Shown one piece after another: positions 35,146 to 48,178 of a stretch of DNA of 64,000 nucleotides (positions are counted from its first letter, which is position 1; each line of letters begins with the position of its first letter). This DNA is from Ptychomitrium polyphyllum (Eukaryota). The notes beneath the pieces were generated by a model. It saw nothing but the letters and a program-made list of their open reading frames with translations. It was not told where the DNA came from and did not search any database. The position numbers were made by a program, and so were the translations under genes. Location of the stretch: assembly GCA_973851085.1 (NCBI GenBank), contig OZ316776.1, positions 2,604,001-2,668,000 on the forward strand, written 5' to 3'.

Positions 35146-38100
35146 ATGACAGAAGCGCACTTGTTTCAGGAGTTTAGCATGGCGCGGGCGGTGCCTGTGC
35201 GGACGGCCGTGCTGGTGGAGGATGATGCCGGTGACTCGTCGACGTTCCACCTGCGAAGGTTTCCGCCTGAGGCTTTTTGGTGTTTCCTTTCTTTTCTGTC
35301 GAAAGAGACCTTGCAGTTTGTATTGCTCCGGTTTTGCAAGGAGTTACGAGCAGCTTCTGTGGGAAATCTACAGCAGGTTTTGGTTTGAGGTGACGCGATA
35401 AGGTTTTGCTTATTGGCGATTTTCAGTTTGTTTTGGTTGATTTAGAGCTTCTCGATGCGCATGCGCACTATCAGTTCAAGTCATGCTAGAGATTTTTTGA
35501 AAAAGCAGGAGTGAATGCACGTTGTGGCGTCCCCAGGGTGTGATCTAGGTCAGCGCTGTTTGTCAATGATGCGTTGTATTCAAATGTGAAGGGAGGGAGG
35601 TCATTCTCGAGTCGTTTGGAATAATTTCCTGTCTGCATTCCTTCCCGAGGCAAGTATCAGGAGCCATTTTTTTGTTTGAAGCTATTCTTTTAAAATCAAC
35701 TGAAATTATTGGTGTTTTGAAGAATCAATTTGCGCGGTATTTCTGTGACGAGGCTATCGTTTTTTTAATTCTTTTTTTCCCTGTGTGCTTGAGTGCAGGG
35801 GTATCCTAACAGTGTGACACCAGACTACCTTCCCTTTCAAACATGGGACACTTTACAGGTCTTTTACAAAACCTTTGTGGAAGTGTAGAGTCCATTGATA
35901 TTGTAGCTAGTTAGGTTTGATGTAAGGCTTTCTGCTTTAACACGATGGTGGATTTGGGAACATGACCTAGTCTTTCAAGATATTGACACCTTATCTATCT
36001 GCGCAATATTTGACCTGCAGGGCTTGTCTACATACATCCGCAGCATGCTCTCCACACAAGTAAGACATAGTTAGCTTACATAATTTGAGATTCAAGTACT
36101 CTATCTGTAAACTTTTTGTTTTCTTTGAAGTGCATGCCGAATTCCTGCTTGTAGAATTTAGAATTGGAACTAAGGGAAGAAAGTATATGTGTTGAATCTG
36201 TAAAAATAATTGCATTCATAACCAAACCTCAATGTTATGCAAGAGACATGTAATAAGTGTTTTCCTTGGATTCGGAGTGCATCATCATAAGCAGGAGTTT
36301 GGTTTTGTGTACAGGCACTCTTGGGTGGTATTGGGGTGGGCGAAACAACTGCCACGGTAGTGGGTGCCACTTTCCAGGTAGTTCAGAACGAGATATTCGC
36401 TATGTACAGTAAGTCCATTTGTATATAGAGAGAGTTCTGTTGTGAGTGTTGTATGAATTTTCAGACTTTGTTGATGGATATTGATATTGAAAATGAATAA
36501 ATTCTTGGAACGATCTCTTATGATTTCATCTCCAATGTGGCAGTGGTTTTTACGAGACTTTACCGGCATGTTGGGGAGTATTATTTTCACTCTTAAACAA
36601 GTACGCTGTCAATTGAAAATGAGAATTGAGCATCTGCAATGTGCCTTGATGCTGCTATTGCTCTTAGGATAAAAACATTTTACTGCATTAATAGTTTTCT
36701 CGTGCTCTGAGTGCTAAGCTTTGTCAACTATTGAACAATAATCTCTACGTGCAGGGATCAAACTTGGACAGCAGTGCCAAGCAATGGCGCCTGGCAGCAG
36801 ATTTAATGAATGATGTTGGTAAGTTTCAGTTACTTTTCAGTCCATGTGCTATTTCCTTACCTGCTGTGTCTTTTCTTCACGTTCGAATGTTCTGCCATGG
36901 TTTATCATGCTAACATTACCCTGAGCTAAATCCTGCAATTTAAGACTTACATTGGTATATCGTCATCTTGCATTGGAATCATGCAACAAATTTTACTCTC
37001 TTGTGCAGGAATGTTGATGGACCTTGTATCGCCACTATTTCCAGGGGCCTTTGTCATGATTCTGTGTATCGGCAGTATGGCTAGATCAGTTAGTAAGCTC
37101 GTTTCACTTCGTACACAACGTGGTTTCAAGTGTTTCTATAAGTCAGCTTCTTGAACGCGCTTGCTGAATACCAGAGCATTAATTCACGATGTAGACTGGA
37201 TGGATCCAGTACTGAAACTGCAGAAATGAAAATGCCAATGCAGCGGGCGTTGCCAGTGGAGCAACACGAGCTGCCTTGACACAACACTTCGCCCTACGGA
37301 AGAATGCTGCAGATGTTTCTGCTAAGGTACTTGTTTGGTAATCCACAATCTCTGCTTTGAGGAAAATATACTCTTGTTCGGTACTCGTTTAGAGTACTAT
37401 CATTATGACAATCTGTCTCAGTTACTCTGGCCGAAGTTTGCTTACAAAACTAAAGGTAGAATCAAGTCACTCTCTTAAGCATGTCCACACGGCACTTCAT
37501 GCTGGGTAGAGTCAGTAAGGCAGATAAACTACTACAATATCAGCATAGACAGATAAACTACAATTCTTCATTCTTTGTAGGAGGGAAGCCAAGAGACTGC
37601 TGCAACCATGGTTGGGATGCTGCTAGGTATGGTTCTAGCACGCTTGACAGCAGGAAATGTGGTTGCCCTTTGGGTTTCTTTTCTCCTCCTTACGGCTTTC
37701 CATATGTATGGTGAGTATCTTCCTCAGCACCGTATCACAAACCACGCAATTGAGTCATTAATTAGTAATTTCAGCCATTCATGCGTGCTGATGATGGTGT
37801 TTTTGTGTGCGCTTCTTGATGGATTTAACATCTCATTATCATATTTGGGGTTGCTTTGGGGTGACCAGCGAACTACAGGGCTGTTCGGTCTCTCTGTTTG
37901 ACAAGCTTGAATGGTGAAAGAGCTTCAATTGTTTTGTGCGCTTTTAAAGAAGGCAGAAGAGGTCTTTAATATACTCCAACCCATTCCTGGTGATATTTGA
38001 TTTTAATATGTCTGAGAAACGTTCAAAAGTCGTGTTGCAGCCAAGGATTACAAAACAGTCAAGTACGAATCTGATGTCCACTACGTTCTCTTGTTATGGA

Positions 38101-39118
38101 ACATATATTTTCAAATTTGTGAAAAGGTTCTTTATTGGTTCACGAGTTTCAGGTGCATGTGCTATTTGTCACCTCTGATCCATGCCTTGAACTGCCTTTG
38201 AATGAGCAGTACCAACTCCACGAGAAGTCGCAGACCAAGAACATCTGCTTCCACAAATCCCGAGGTTTCCGTGGCAGAAGCGACGTGCAGGAGATGCGTG
38301 GCTGCCGCAGTCTATATGCTTTGGAGCTCCAATCTCCTCCTTGAAGTTGGCTGATGGGTTTGTCACTTCCTAACAAAGATTGCTTCCCAGTCTTCTACTG
38401 ATTTTTGATAGACACTGTTTGCGACATTGAAGTGGCGTCTAAGTAATCCTTTATTTTTACATGGGACCTGAATTGTGTAGCGGTGGGATTCTTGCAGCTG
38501 GAAAAGTTTTCCATCGCTAGTGGAGCGATACTTGAAAGGTATAATTGTTGTTTTACGACACAGTTCTGGGGTACTCATGTGATAGGAAAGTGGCATAAGC
38601 ATGTGCCCTAGTGTAATTTAGACACGGATCAAATAACTGTAAACCTACTTGGCTTTTATTGGATTGAATAAGCTTACTCGGGTTTAACAACGAAGGTCTT
38701 TCATTTAAAGATGTACATGTTGGATGCTACACAGATCCATACCTGGTGGTTCCCGAGGGAGCAAATGTCCACGTAGTACTGCACAAAGTGGCAACCTTGC
38801 AGGATTTTCTGCGGGCCTATGTACACGCCCTTTGTCTAGCATATCTTCAAGAACGAGCACCAACTGATCAATCCGAAGAACTCGCTATTTCATGGATGAA
38901 GAAAAACTACACTGCATTTTTAGACTCCGTAAGCTGATGCATTTCCCTTGATATCTCTGTAGAACTCTGTGAATACCAGGTACCAGTTTTTTACATGTTT
39001 CTGACCAGGACAAGTATTTGATTGGCAGCTTGGGAAAGCAGGTTGGACCACAGACCGTATTTTGGTGGTATCTAGTGAATGGCGGGCAGAATGGCTTAAT
39101 ACGCACAAGCGGGAGTGA
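35146..39118 (+). CDS. RUS3: ROOT UVB SENSITIVE 3-like DUF647 protein, 15 coding exons
   Basis: Exons 35146-35258, 35592-35649, 35799-35858, 36021-36059, 36315-36377, 36544-36600, 36755-36818, 37009-37092, 37244-37326, 37581-37710, 37869-37961, 38210-38357, 38498-38538, 38735-38928, 39029-39118. They give AFLPEGYPNSVTPDY, WDTLQGLSTY, GATFQWFLRDFTGMLG, NLDSSAKQWRLAADLMND, GVASGATRAALTQHFA, AKEGSQET, FHMYANYRAVR. Intron 2 is GC-AG. The start codon is less certain. Confidence 0.9.
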
Positions 39119-42100
39119 TCTCATAAGGACTGGAGATGCGACTCAGGCTCCTAGAGGAAGCCATCTTTGCATTCACCAAGATTTTCTTTTAAGGACGGAA
39201 GGACAACTGGACAAGAGCAAGAGAGTTAACCATCTTCGTCTTTCGTTTAAAGAAGAACTGCAGGTAATCCTCGTTGCTGCTTTGCAACCAGTTTGTTAAT
39301 CTGAAAAGGCTCGCTGTTCAGCAGTGACTGGGGCGTAGCCGTACACATTATTCTTGGAACGCGGCAGTATTCATTTTTTCGACAATAGCATGGTTTTGAA
39401 GCTAGTCAGCTCGGTATGCAGGCATGCCAGGTTTAGAGCTTCTTTCTCTTCAATAGGTCAGAGCTTGGTCCTAATGCATTTGAGGGACTGAGTCTCATGT
39501 GTTCATGCACAGTACAAACTAGGGCCACTGTTTTGTTCAGGGTGTGCCATGTTCTTTACAAAGTACATCGCCAGCATCAATGGATGCGTGTCAGCCCACT
39601 GGCCAGGCATATTTTCAAAGTAATAATTTTTAAATCAAAACGTTGCCTGTGTAAGTAAAAGTGAAAGTAAAAATAAAAGTGAAGGATGATGTTCCCAGTA
39701 TCTGAATTCCACAACAGAACGTACAATCAAACCACTGTGCAAGCAAGTCTAGTACCCAAGTGTTCTATATCGGGGACTAAAACAATGGCAGGATGAGCCA
39801 TTGTTGTGATACCCTCGTCGAACCCCAGTAACTGGTTTCCTTCCGGTATTATAGGGGCATTTCTAAGAGTGGGTTTTCCTCATGCGGATTCTTCAAGAAT
39901 GCACATTTTTTGAATTTATTATGTAAGGACATTTTAAAGGTAGATAACCAACATTTTATTGGTAGAATGTTCAATGGAGAATCGTTGTGGATGCTTGGGA
40001 ATGGAGTGTGGCGGTGAGTGCTTCATTTGTAAACATAGAAATGTAAAATTCATGAGTTTTGTATGTTTGTAAAGTAACAGATTTTTTTATGTTCACTAGC
40101 TTATTATTCGATTATCATTCTAAAATTCTCTGCGAAACAAATTTAGTCCAGACCACTTTTAACTTAGGCTTGGTAACTACCATGCATTGGGGTGTGGCTC
40201 CAAGTAGTGTATCTGGTATTTAACCTTCAAATAAATCATAATTATAGAACGTCCATAATACATTCAGTGCTTTGTCTAGTTTAATGTCTCATTAGTTTGT
40301 CATGAAACTAACATAAAACAAGATCAAATTAACATAGATTTAGGAAAGATTTCCCTTGTCTAAATTTAAAATCATGTGACATTCTATGGTGAACTTGAAA
40401 CTACCTTCTAAGGATTGGTCCTTTGTAAATATTCTATATGAATTTACTTTCTTAAACTTCATACATGTTAGCACAAATTATAAAATTGGAGAACTATTTA
40501 ATCTTATTAGTAATATATACTAATTTAATTAATAATTAATAATGAAATTAGAGTAAATTATTTGAAGCCATATTTTACTATTACAAAAAATAATAACAAA
40601 AATAAACATTTTTAAAAAGATTGAATCTTATTCTTTTTGAAAATTTGCTAACAAACGGCAACCATGCTATGTGGCTATTATATTAAAATAGAGAATGAAA
40701 ATTAGAATAATAAATTAAGTAGCATAAACAATTTGATTAGAAAGATTTTTTTTATAATATAGCTAAAATAAATACGGATTTTGAAGAAAATGTAGGTAAA
40801 GGGAAAAGTTTGTTTTATTACCAAGTGTATTTAACCACCATCTTTAAATCTTAATTCAATGGATAGTTATACCATTATAAAATGCTATAATTACTCTTAG
40901 CGTTGAAATAGGATTGAATATTTTTTTTAGATTTGATATTATTATAAAAATTAAAAGACCTCTTAGAAATGAATGTTTATTTTATAAATAAGGCTCAAAA
41001 ATCTTTGTATCAAAAATGAGAATGGCATGTATTTTATAGGTAATAACTAATTAAAAAACATTTTGGTATTTTCAGCAAATGATATAAAAAATATCAATCT
41101 TTCAATAATAACAATTTCATAAATATCTTTTATATTTACTTTAAAAAAAATTCCATTGAAATAATCGAAAAATTATTCAAATCTGGATTAGATAAAAGCT
41201 TTCTTTAGGTGCTAATTCACAGATTGATAATCCTTTATGAGCCAAAAATGTTTTCTATGTAGAACTGTTCTTTATATGATTTAATTAGTTGTTGTCTTGG
41301 AAAAAATCGAATTTATATTCATGGAACATAAATTTAGAGAACAAAGGATAATATTCGATTTATATTAATATCAAAGTTATAATAATTCTATTTTAAAAAT
41401 GATAATATTGTTAAAGAACAAATTTATTATAAAAGTAAAAATCTAAAGACTACTTCTTAGTTGAGTTGGAATATGCTATATTAAATTCAATATAAGATGT
41501 AATTAAGAGGCAAGAAGAAGAAGCAAAGAAAACTAAATTTTAAACTTTATAATTCAATTTTGAAATGCCCTCTTTGCATAGAAAAAAAGGTGCAAAATTG
41601 AACAAAATTAAAACGGTTTATTGGATATTTTTAAATTTTTTTTTTATAACGGATTGTTGAAATAACCACAATTACTAATTTGAATTAAATTTTTTTGAAG
41701 TGAATTAATTATTTTTCAAATACGGCAAGATTTATTAAAATTAAACATGCTTATTATACAATTATAGATTAATAGGCACAAGGTTTTATTTCTACAAAAA
41801 TAAAATAAAAGACATGTTATAGAATAGAAGTCTAATGATACAAAACACATATGATTTATCACCCAACCACCAAAGATTCAAGAAAATTAACCTCTTGAAG
41901 ACAAGCCTTTGTCCCAAATTCTTATATTGCAAGATCTTAGTTTAATCACACAAACTTTTTATTGCAAATACATTAACAATCAATTTAGTTAACAAAATCT
42001 ATTTGACAAATTTACACTTATTTTGTTGAACTATATAAAAGCTTGGTGAGCTATGTTTGTTAAAAACACAAGAAACAAAAAGTAGACACAAAGTGGTTCT

Positions 42101-42276
42101 CTAAGAATTAGCTTCCAAAGAGCTACTGATTAATAAGAATTGATACAAAGACAAAAACAAAGGCATGATACAATATGATCTACAAATTGTATTGGCAAGA
42201 CTAAAATACACCTTGTTTTGCCTTGTATTTATACTATGATACTTATATTTCTTAGGATACTTCTAAAGGAGCTTTC

Positions 42277-42860
42277 TGTCACGGACATAAATCATGCAAC
42301 ATAGTCTTTAGAACATTCTAGAACCTTCTAGTATATTATAATAGCTTCTTAGAATACTTTTAGATGTCTCCATAGCCTTTTTATGTTTTTAGAAAGCTTC
42401 CTAGGAAAGTTCCTCCACCTTAAGAAACTTCCTAAGAAGGTTCTATCATCTTAGGTTACTTCCTAGGAAACTTCCTAGGAAGGTTCTACCTCTTTAGGAA
42501 ACTTCCTAAGAAGGTTCCGCTGCCTTGGAAAACTTCCAAGGAAGGTTCCAATTCCTTGGAAGCTTCTTAGGAAGGTTCCAACATCTTAGGAAACTTCTTG
42601 GGAAGGTTCCTTAGACTTCCAGAACATTCTTAAGCCTTGTAGGAAGCTTCTTTAGAAGTATCCTAGGAGATACAAACGTCCTAGTATAAATAAGAAGCAA
42701 GACAAGGTATTCCTTAGTCTTGCCAACACAAGTTGTGGATCATCTTGAATCCTGCCTTGTTTTAGTCTTTGTATCAAAGTTCTTGTTAATTATTAGCTCT
42801 CTGGAAGCTAATTCTTGGGAAACACTTTGTTTCTGCTTCTTGTTTCTTGTGTCCCTAATA
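42277..42860 (+). mobile_element. Solo LTR of the same Gypsy family inserted antisense into the 3' LTR of the outer element
   Basis: TGTCACGGAC...GTGTCCCTAATA, homologous to the LTR at 55551-56048. Flanked by CTTTC/TTTTC (5-bp TSD, one mismatch). The host LTR sequence resumes after it. Confidence 0.85.
42392..42610 (+). repeat. ~31-bp tandem repeat with palindromic core inside the LTR
   Basis: About seven units of TAGGAAACTTCCTAGGAAGGTTCY followed by ~7 variable nt. Confidence 0.8.
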
Positions 42861-45800
42861 TTTTCTATGAAGATTAAGAATGTTTTAGAAGTTTATGGAA
42901 CTTTCCTAAGAAGTTTTTTAAAGAAGTGGAATGGCTATGGATGCACTGAACGTATTTTAAGAAGCTTTTATAATGTGTTTGAAAGTTCTAGAAGATTCTA
43001 AAGACTATGTTACATGATCTATGTTTGTAACATCACCTCCTTTTTAAGCAACAAGCCCACAAAGAGCTCTTGTTGTAGTTCACTTGTTACATCCTCACAA
43101 ATTCCAAAATTTGTCAAAGAAGAGAAGCAATATGTTCAACTTATTGCTCTTTGTCCACTAGTTCAACCGGTCCTTGCAAGAAACATTAGTAACCACCAAT
43201 CAAGATTTTTATTGTTGAAATATCCCAACGTGTGATTCAATCTTGCTTAAGTCCTTCAAAACATTTTCCAAATAGAACTCTTTGGTTCTTTAGGAGTGAC
43301 TCTTCCAATTTCTAACTAGACGATTAGAGCTTGAGTATCTAAATCAAGAGTAAAATGTGAAGGGCGACTCGTCAATATTTCTACACATAGTTGTACTTGA
43401 CATTGGAATACCTTTATCATATAATGCCCTTGATCTTTTGGTGCTAAAGGTTGATAAAGTTTAGTTAATTCAATAGATATTGCCATTGAAAAAAATATAA
43501 TTAATTGCTCTTTACGCATATCCAAAATAATACAAAGATTTGATATTTTAGCTAGAATCTAAAGATGATCTATCTTGGAAATATTGTTGTGTACAATTGA
43601 AGGTTGGATATTGCTTTGCCCTTCTTATACTTGTATATGGAAAAATCTTTGTGTAAAGCTAACGGCTAATGATTTATCATAACACATTATCAATAACTTG
43701 GTTTTTGAGGATTTCATTAATGGAATTTGCATACCTTGTCAAACGCGTTTGTCACGTTTATTGAAGGTTTCTATGTTTGGTTACTGATGCTATATCCTTG
43801 CCAATAAAAAAGATATTTCACACGTCTATTATTGATGCGTGAATCTAAAATCTCTTCAGCTTTATATTCCATATCATTATCAAAATCTATTGTAGGACGC
43901 AAAGGAATGGCCTTCCTTAATATACATGATTTATTATAGGATTCCAACAAATATATGTAAAACACTAGATGAATCTACATGGTTGATGGTAGTTTGAGGC
44001 GATAACTAACTGGGTTTATTTGTTTGATGATTTCAAATAGCCCAAGCTTATGATAGTTTAGCTCCTTTGATGATCTTTTTGTTTGTATGTTTTGTAGTAT
44101 GAGTCATACACTATTTCCAACCTTGAACTTTGGATGGTTTTTTTAATGACAATTTGCATAAATTTTGTACCAATCTTGAGCTTGTTGTAACTAGAAAGCA
44201 AATTTTAGTAAATTGAGTTGCAAAATCTTCTAGTGCAGGACTTCCAATATGCTTTACTTAAAATGGATCTGCTTGAGGATGATGGCCATATTTTGCAAAA
44301 ATGGAGTTTGAGCTATTGAAAAATGCATCATATTCTAAGCAAATTTTGTCAAAGGTAAGAGGTCCATCCACTTTTTTTATTAGTAGATTATGCTACAACA
44401 ACTATAGTATTCCAAAATTTAACCATTGGTTTGCTAATAAAAGGTTGATCTTTATACACAATAGTTAGAATAGAGCCCTCAAAGAGTTGGAGATGAATTG
44501 CGGCCTTCAATTAGATACAATATCATTTGGTAGTTCATATATGCAATAAATATGATTTAAAAACTACTAGGCAATTTTTTTTTATATTATCATCTTGTTA
44601 CATGGAATGAAATGCGCCATCTTAGAAAATTGATCTACCACTATTAATGTAGAGACTTTAGAATCAAAATTGGAGAGGTCCGTAATAAAATCTATTGATA
44701 ATGACAATTATATATCTTTTGGCATTAGAAGAAGATGGAAGAGACCATGAGGTTGGTGTTTTAGTACCTTGGCCCATGCGCAAGTGTTGCATGATCAAAC
44801 AAAGTCCTTTACAAATTTCCAAATTTGTAGCCACCATTAATCTCTATTAATCAACTCCATTGTTTTGTTGAATCCAAAGTGTCATGTTATTGGAAATCAT
44901 TGCGTGTTTGAAGGATCTTCAATTCTAAAGGTCTTTGGAATAGGTACATAAGTTCTTTATAGTAAAGGAGGCCCTTTTAAAGTTCAAAGTTATCATCACT
45001 ATTTGAAAGATCTCTGTTGTCCTTGAAGTGCCTCTTCATATTTGAAACAAAAATATTATTCTTCAAAGCCCTCCAAATTTTGTCAAGATGGAATATTATG
45101 ATGATGGTCATTGCTTTCAATTAAAGATTTTGTGGCTTCAACAAAAAACTCCTTTTTTTAATTCAAAACTTCATCTCTAGATATAGAAGCCAAATAAGAT
45201 CTTTAAAATACAACATTTAGCTTATTTTATAGGCTATTTAATTGATAGGTAATGACAAAGTCAAATTTGGAAAGTAACAGAATCCACTTTGCTTGTTATC
45301 AACTTAAAATATGTGCATTCATAAATTACTCCAGATTCTTGTGGTCTATATATATGGTGATGGTATGTTGAGATCTTTCCAATAAATGTTGTCATTCCTT
45401 AAGTGCATCAAAAATTACAAGTAATTCTTTTTTATGTATATTATAATTGATCTCTGCCATTGAAAACTTCCTTGAACAAAAGGTAATAGTGTGGAATCTT
45501 TCCATCTTTGTCATTATATAAGAGTACTAAACCAAGCGTTTGGTCTAAGGCATCCGCTTGTAAATAAAAATGTTTATTGGATTTTGGTGAATAAGGATTG
45601 GAGCCGACGTGAATGACTTTTTAAAACCTTAAAATGCTCTCTCTGCTTCTTCATTCCAAGTGAATTTTTTCTTTTTAATATGTCGCTTCAATAATGCAGC
45701 AATTTTGGAATAATCCTTGATGAATTTTGTATAGAAATTTGCAAGCTCTAGGAAGCATTGATCATTTAAAGTTGATCTTAGCATACTCCACTCTATGATA

Positions 45801-48178
45801 ATGCTTATATTCTTTTTGTCCATATAGATTCTTCCTTTTGAGATGATGTAGCCTAAAAATTCAAACAAAGATTTATAAAAATAGCACTTCTCTAATTTGG
45901 CATATAATCCTTATTGGCATAGTTTTCTAAGACCAGTTGTAGGTGATATTTGTTGTTTTGTTCATTTTTTGAATACATCAAAATGTCATTCAAGTTGATG
46001 ACTATAAAATTGTCCAAATGCTCATGGAAGATTCCATTCATCATGTGTTGAAAGACTGTAGGGGCATTAATAAGGCCAAAAAGCATAATCTTGTATTCAA
46101 AATGGCCATACTTAGATAAAAAGGATGTCTTCCATTCATTTTCTTCTTTGATACGTACGAGGTTGTAAATTCCTCTATTATTTATCTTAGTGAATATCTT
46201 TGCTTGGCCAAGTTGTTATAAGAGTTCTAAGATTAATGTTATTGGGTAACATTTCTTTTTGGTTATTTTATTAAGACATCAATAGTCCACGCACATACAT
46301 GATGATTCATCTTTCTTCTTTACAAATAAAGTGGATGCTCCAGTAGGTGATTTAGAATGTTGGATGAAGCCTTTCCTGAGGTTTTTATCAATGTATTTTT
46401 TCAAGGTAGTCAACTTGGTTTGTGATAAGTTATAGAAAGGTCCAAAAGGTAGTTGGGCTCTTTTTTATAATTTGATGGCGCAATAATAAGATTGATGCTT
46501 TGGTAGTATATCTACATTCTTTTTTTCAAAGACATCTTTATAATCTTGGTATTGATGGAATATGCATTGATTATTTTCTTGTATATAGTTAAATATTGGC
46601 GTGGTATAAATGGTATAGATTGGTTTATCCTTTGTTGATTTTATTAATGCCTTAATTCTAATAAATGATGGTCCAAGGTTTCTTGTACTTTAATGTATTT
46701 TCCTTAAATCCACACTCTATAAGCGCTTATCAATGTCTAGATTATATAATTCAAACCAAAGAAAGCCCAAGACAATATTAATGACATTGAATAATATTAA
46801 TGACAATCTTAGATGTTTGATCTTCTAAAACAACCTCTAGAGGTTGAGTTTTTATAATAACTTTACCAAATGCAAGAGGTCGTTCATTGGTAATTTCAAC
46901 AAGTGTGGGATGTTTTTTGTTCAGAAGCACCATGTGATGTTTGGTTGCAAAATCCTTGTTTATGAAGTATGCCATTGCACTAGTGTCTAAAATTTTTTTA
47001 TTAAATTTTTCATTATTTGATAATTTTATTTTGATAGAAAATGTAAAGCAAAAGATAGGAATTAGAGGCAGAAAGAAACCTTGACTTGCTGGTTGTTTCT
47101 TTGTAGTATTCATTTGCATGGTTTCCACTATAACTGGGCATCTTTGTTTTTCAATTTCAGCATTGTTTTCCAAGCCTTAAAGGTAGATTCCTAAATCTGG
47201 CAATTGTATATTTTATATCCAAACTTGCCACAATACAACCACAAATTTCTTTTTTGACGTTTTTCCTTCTTGATTTGAGTCAAATATCTAGATTGGACAG
47301 CATTAATTTGCTTAGGTTTTGATCTTGGTGGTTGGCTTTTCAATATTTTTGAAGAAGTAGCTGTCACACCTTGATGTATTGGTTTCCATTCCAAGTATTG
47401 TTTTTGGCGCCTCTCAAATAATCTATTGTCACATACTATTGCTTAAGTAATGAATTTGTCCAACGTATAAATCCTTAGCATTGTGAGTCGTAAATCTTTC
47501 ACATTTTTTCTCAAACCCCATTAAAATTATGTGACTAATGCCTTGTCATTCCAATCAAGGTTACAAGTTAGTTATTAAAACTTTGCAACAAATATAGCAA
47601 CCAAACATTGTCTTTGTTATAAACTTTGGATTTTTATTTCAACCACCTTCTTTAATTGAAATTTCCAAATGTAGATGTTAACATTTTCATGAAAACATCT
47701 ATATTGTTCAACAATGGTGATTTCTTCTTTATTAATGATGTGAACTATGATAGTGCATTATTTGATAGAAAAGTGGTTGCAAATCTCATTTGAAGACTAT
47801 TGTTAAGATAAAAAAATTGATGCAAATTGAGAAAGAGCCTTAATTGTTGCATGAAGCATTTTAATTTTGATCTTGATCCATCAAACTTATTTGCTATATT
47901 AATCTTTGGCTTTATATGGTTTTAACATTGTTGTGATGTATTCAGTTGTACAGTTTAAAACTTAACTTGTATTTGTTATTTTGTAGAATTTAATGTATTG
48001 TATTTGATAAAGAATATTAGCAAAAAAAAACAATTGGATTAAAAAAGGTTGTAGTGAAACTACGATTTTTATTTGTCTTGGAGGTAGAACCACATCTTAT
48101 CTTAGCTTAAGGTGAATAGGCTGGTTGACTGTAGTATTTTTCTGCCTGCCATTCTCACTAGCAATACCAAGTCAAGTT

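Noticed and set aside
39436..39455. miR319 star-like sequence GAGCTTCTTTCTCTTCAAT
   Set aside because: Several mismatches and no complementary TTGGACTGAAGGGAGCTC arm downstream.
42392..42610. CRISPR-like array (palindromic repeats with variable spacers)
   Set aside because: The variable parts are only ~7 nt, the repeats are degenerate, the array lies inside a plant LTR and recurs in sibling LTRs, and there are no cas genes.
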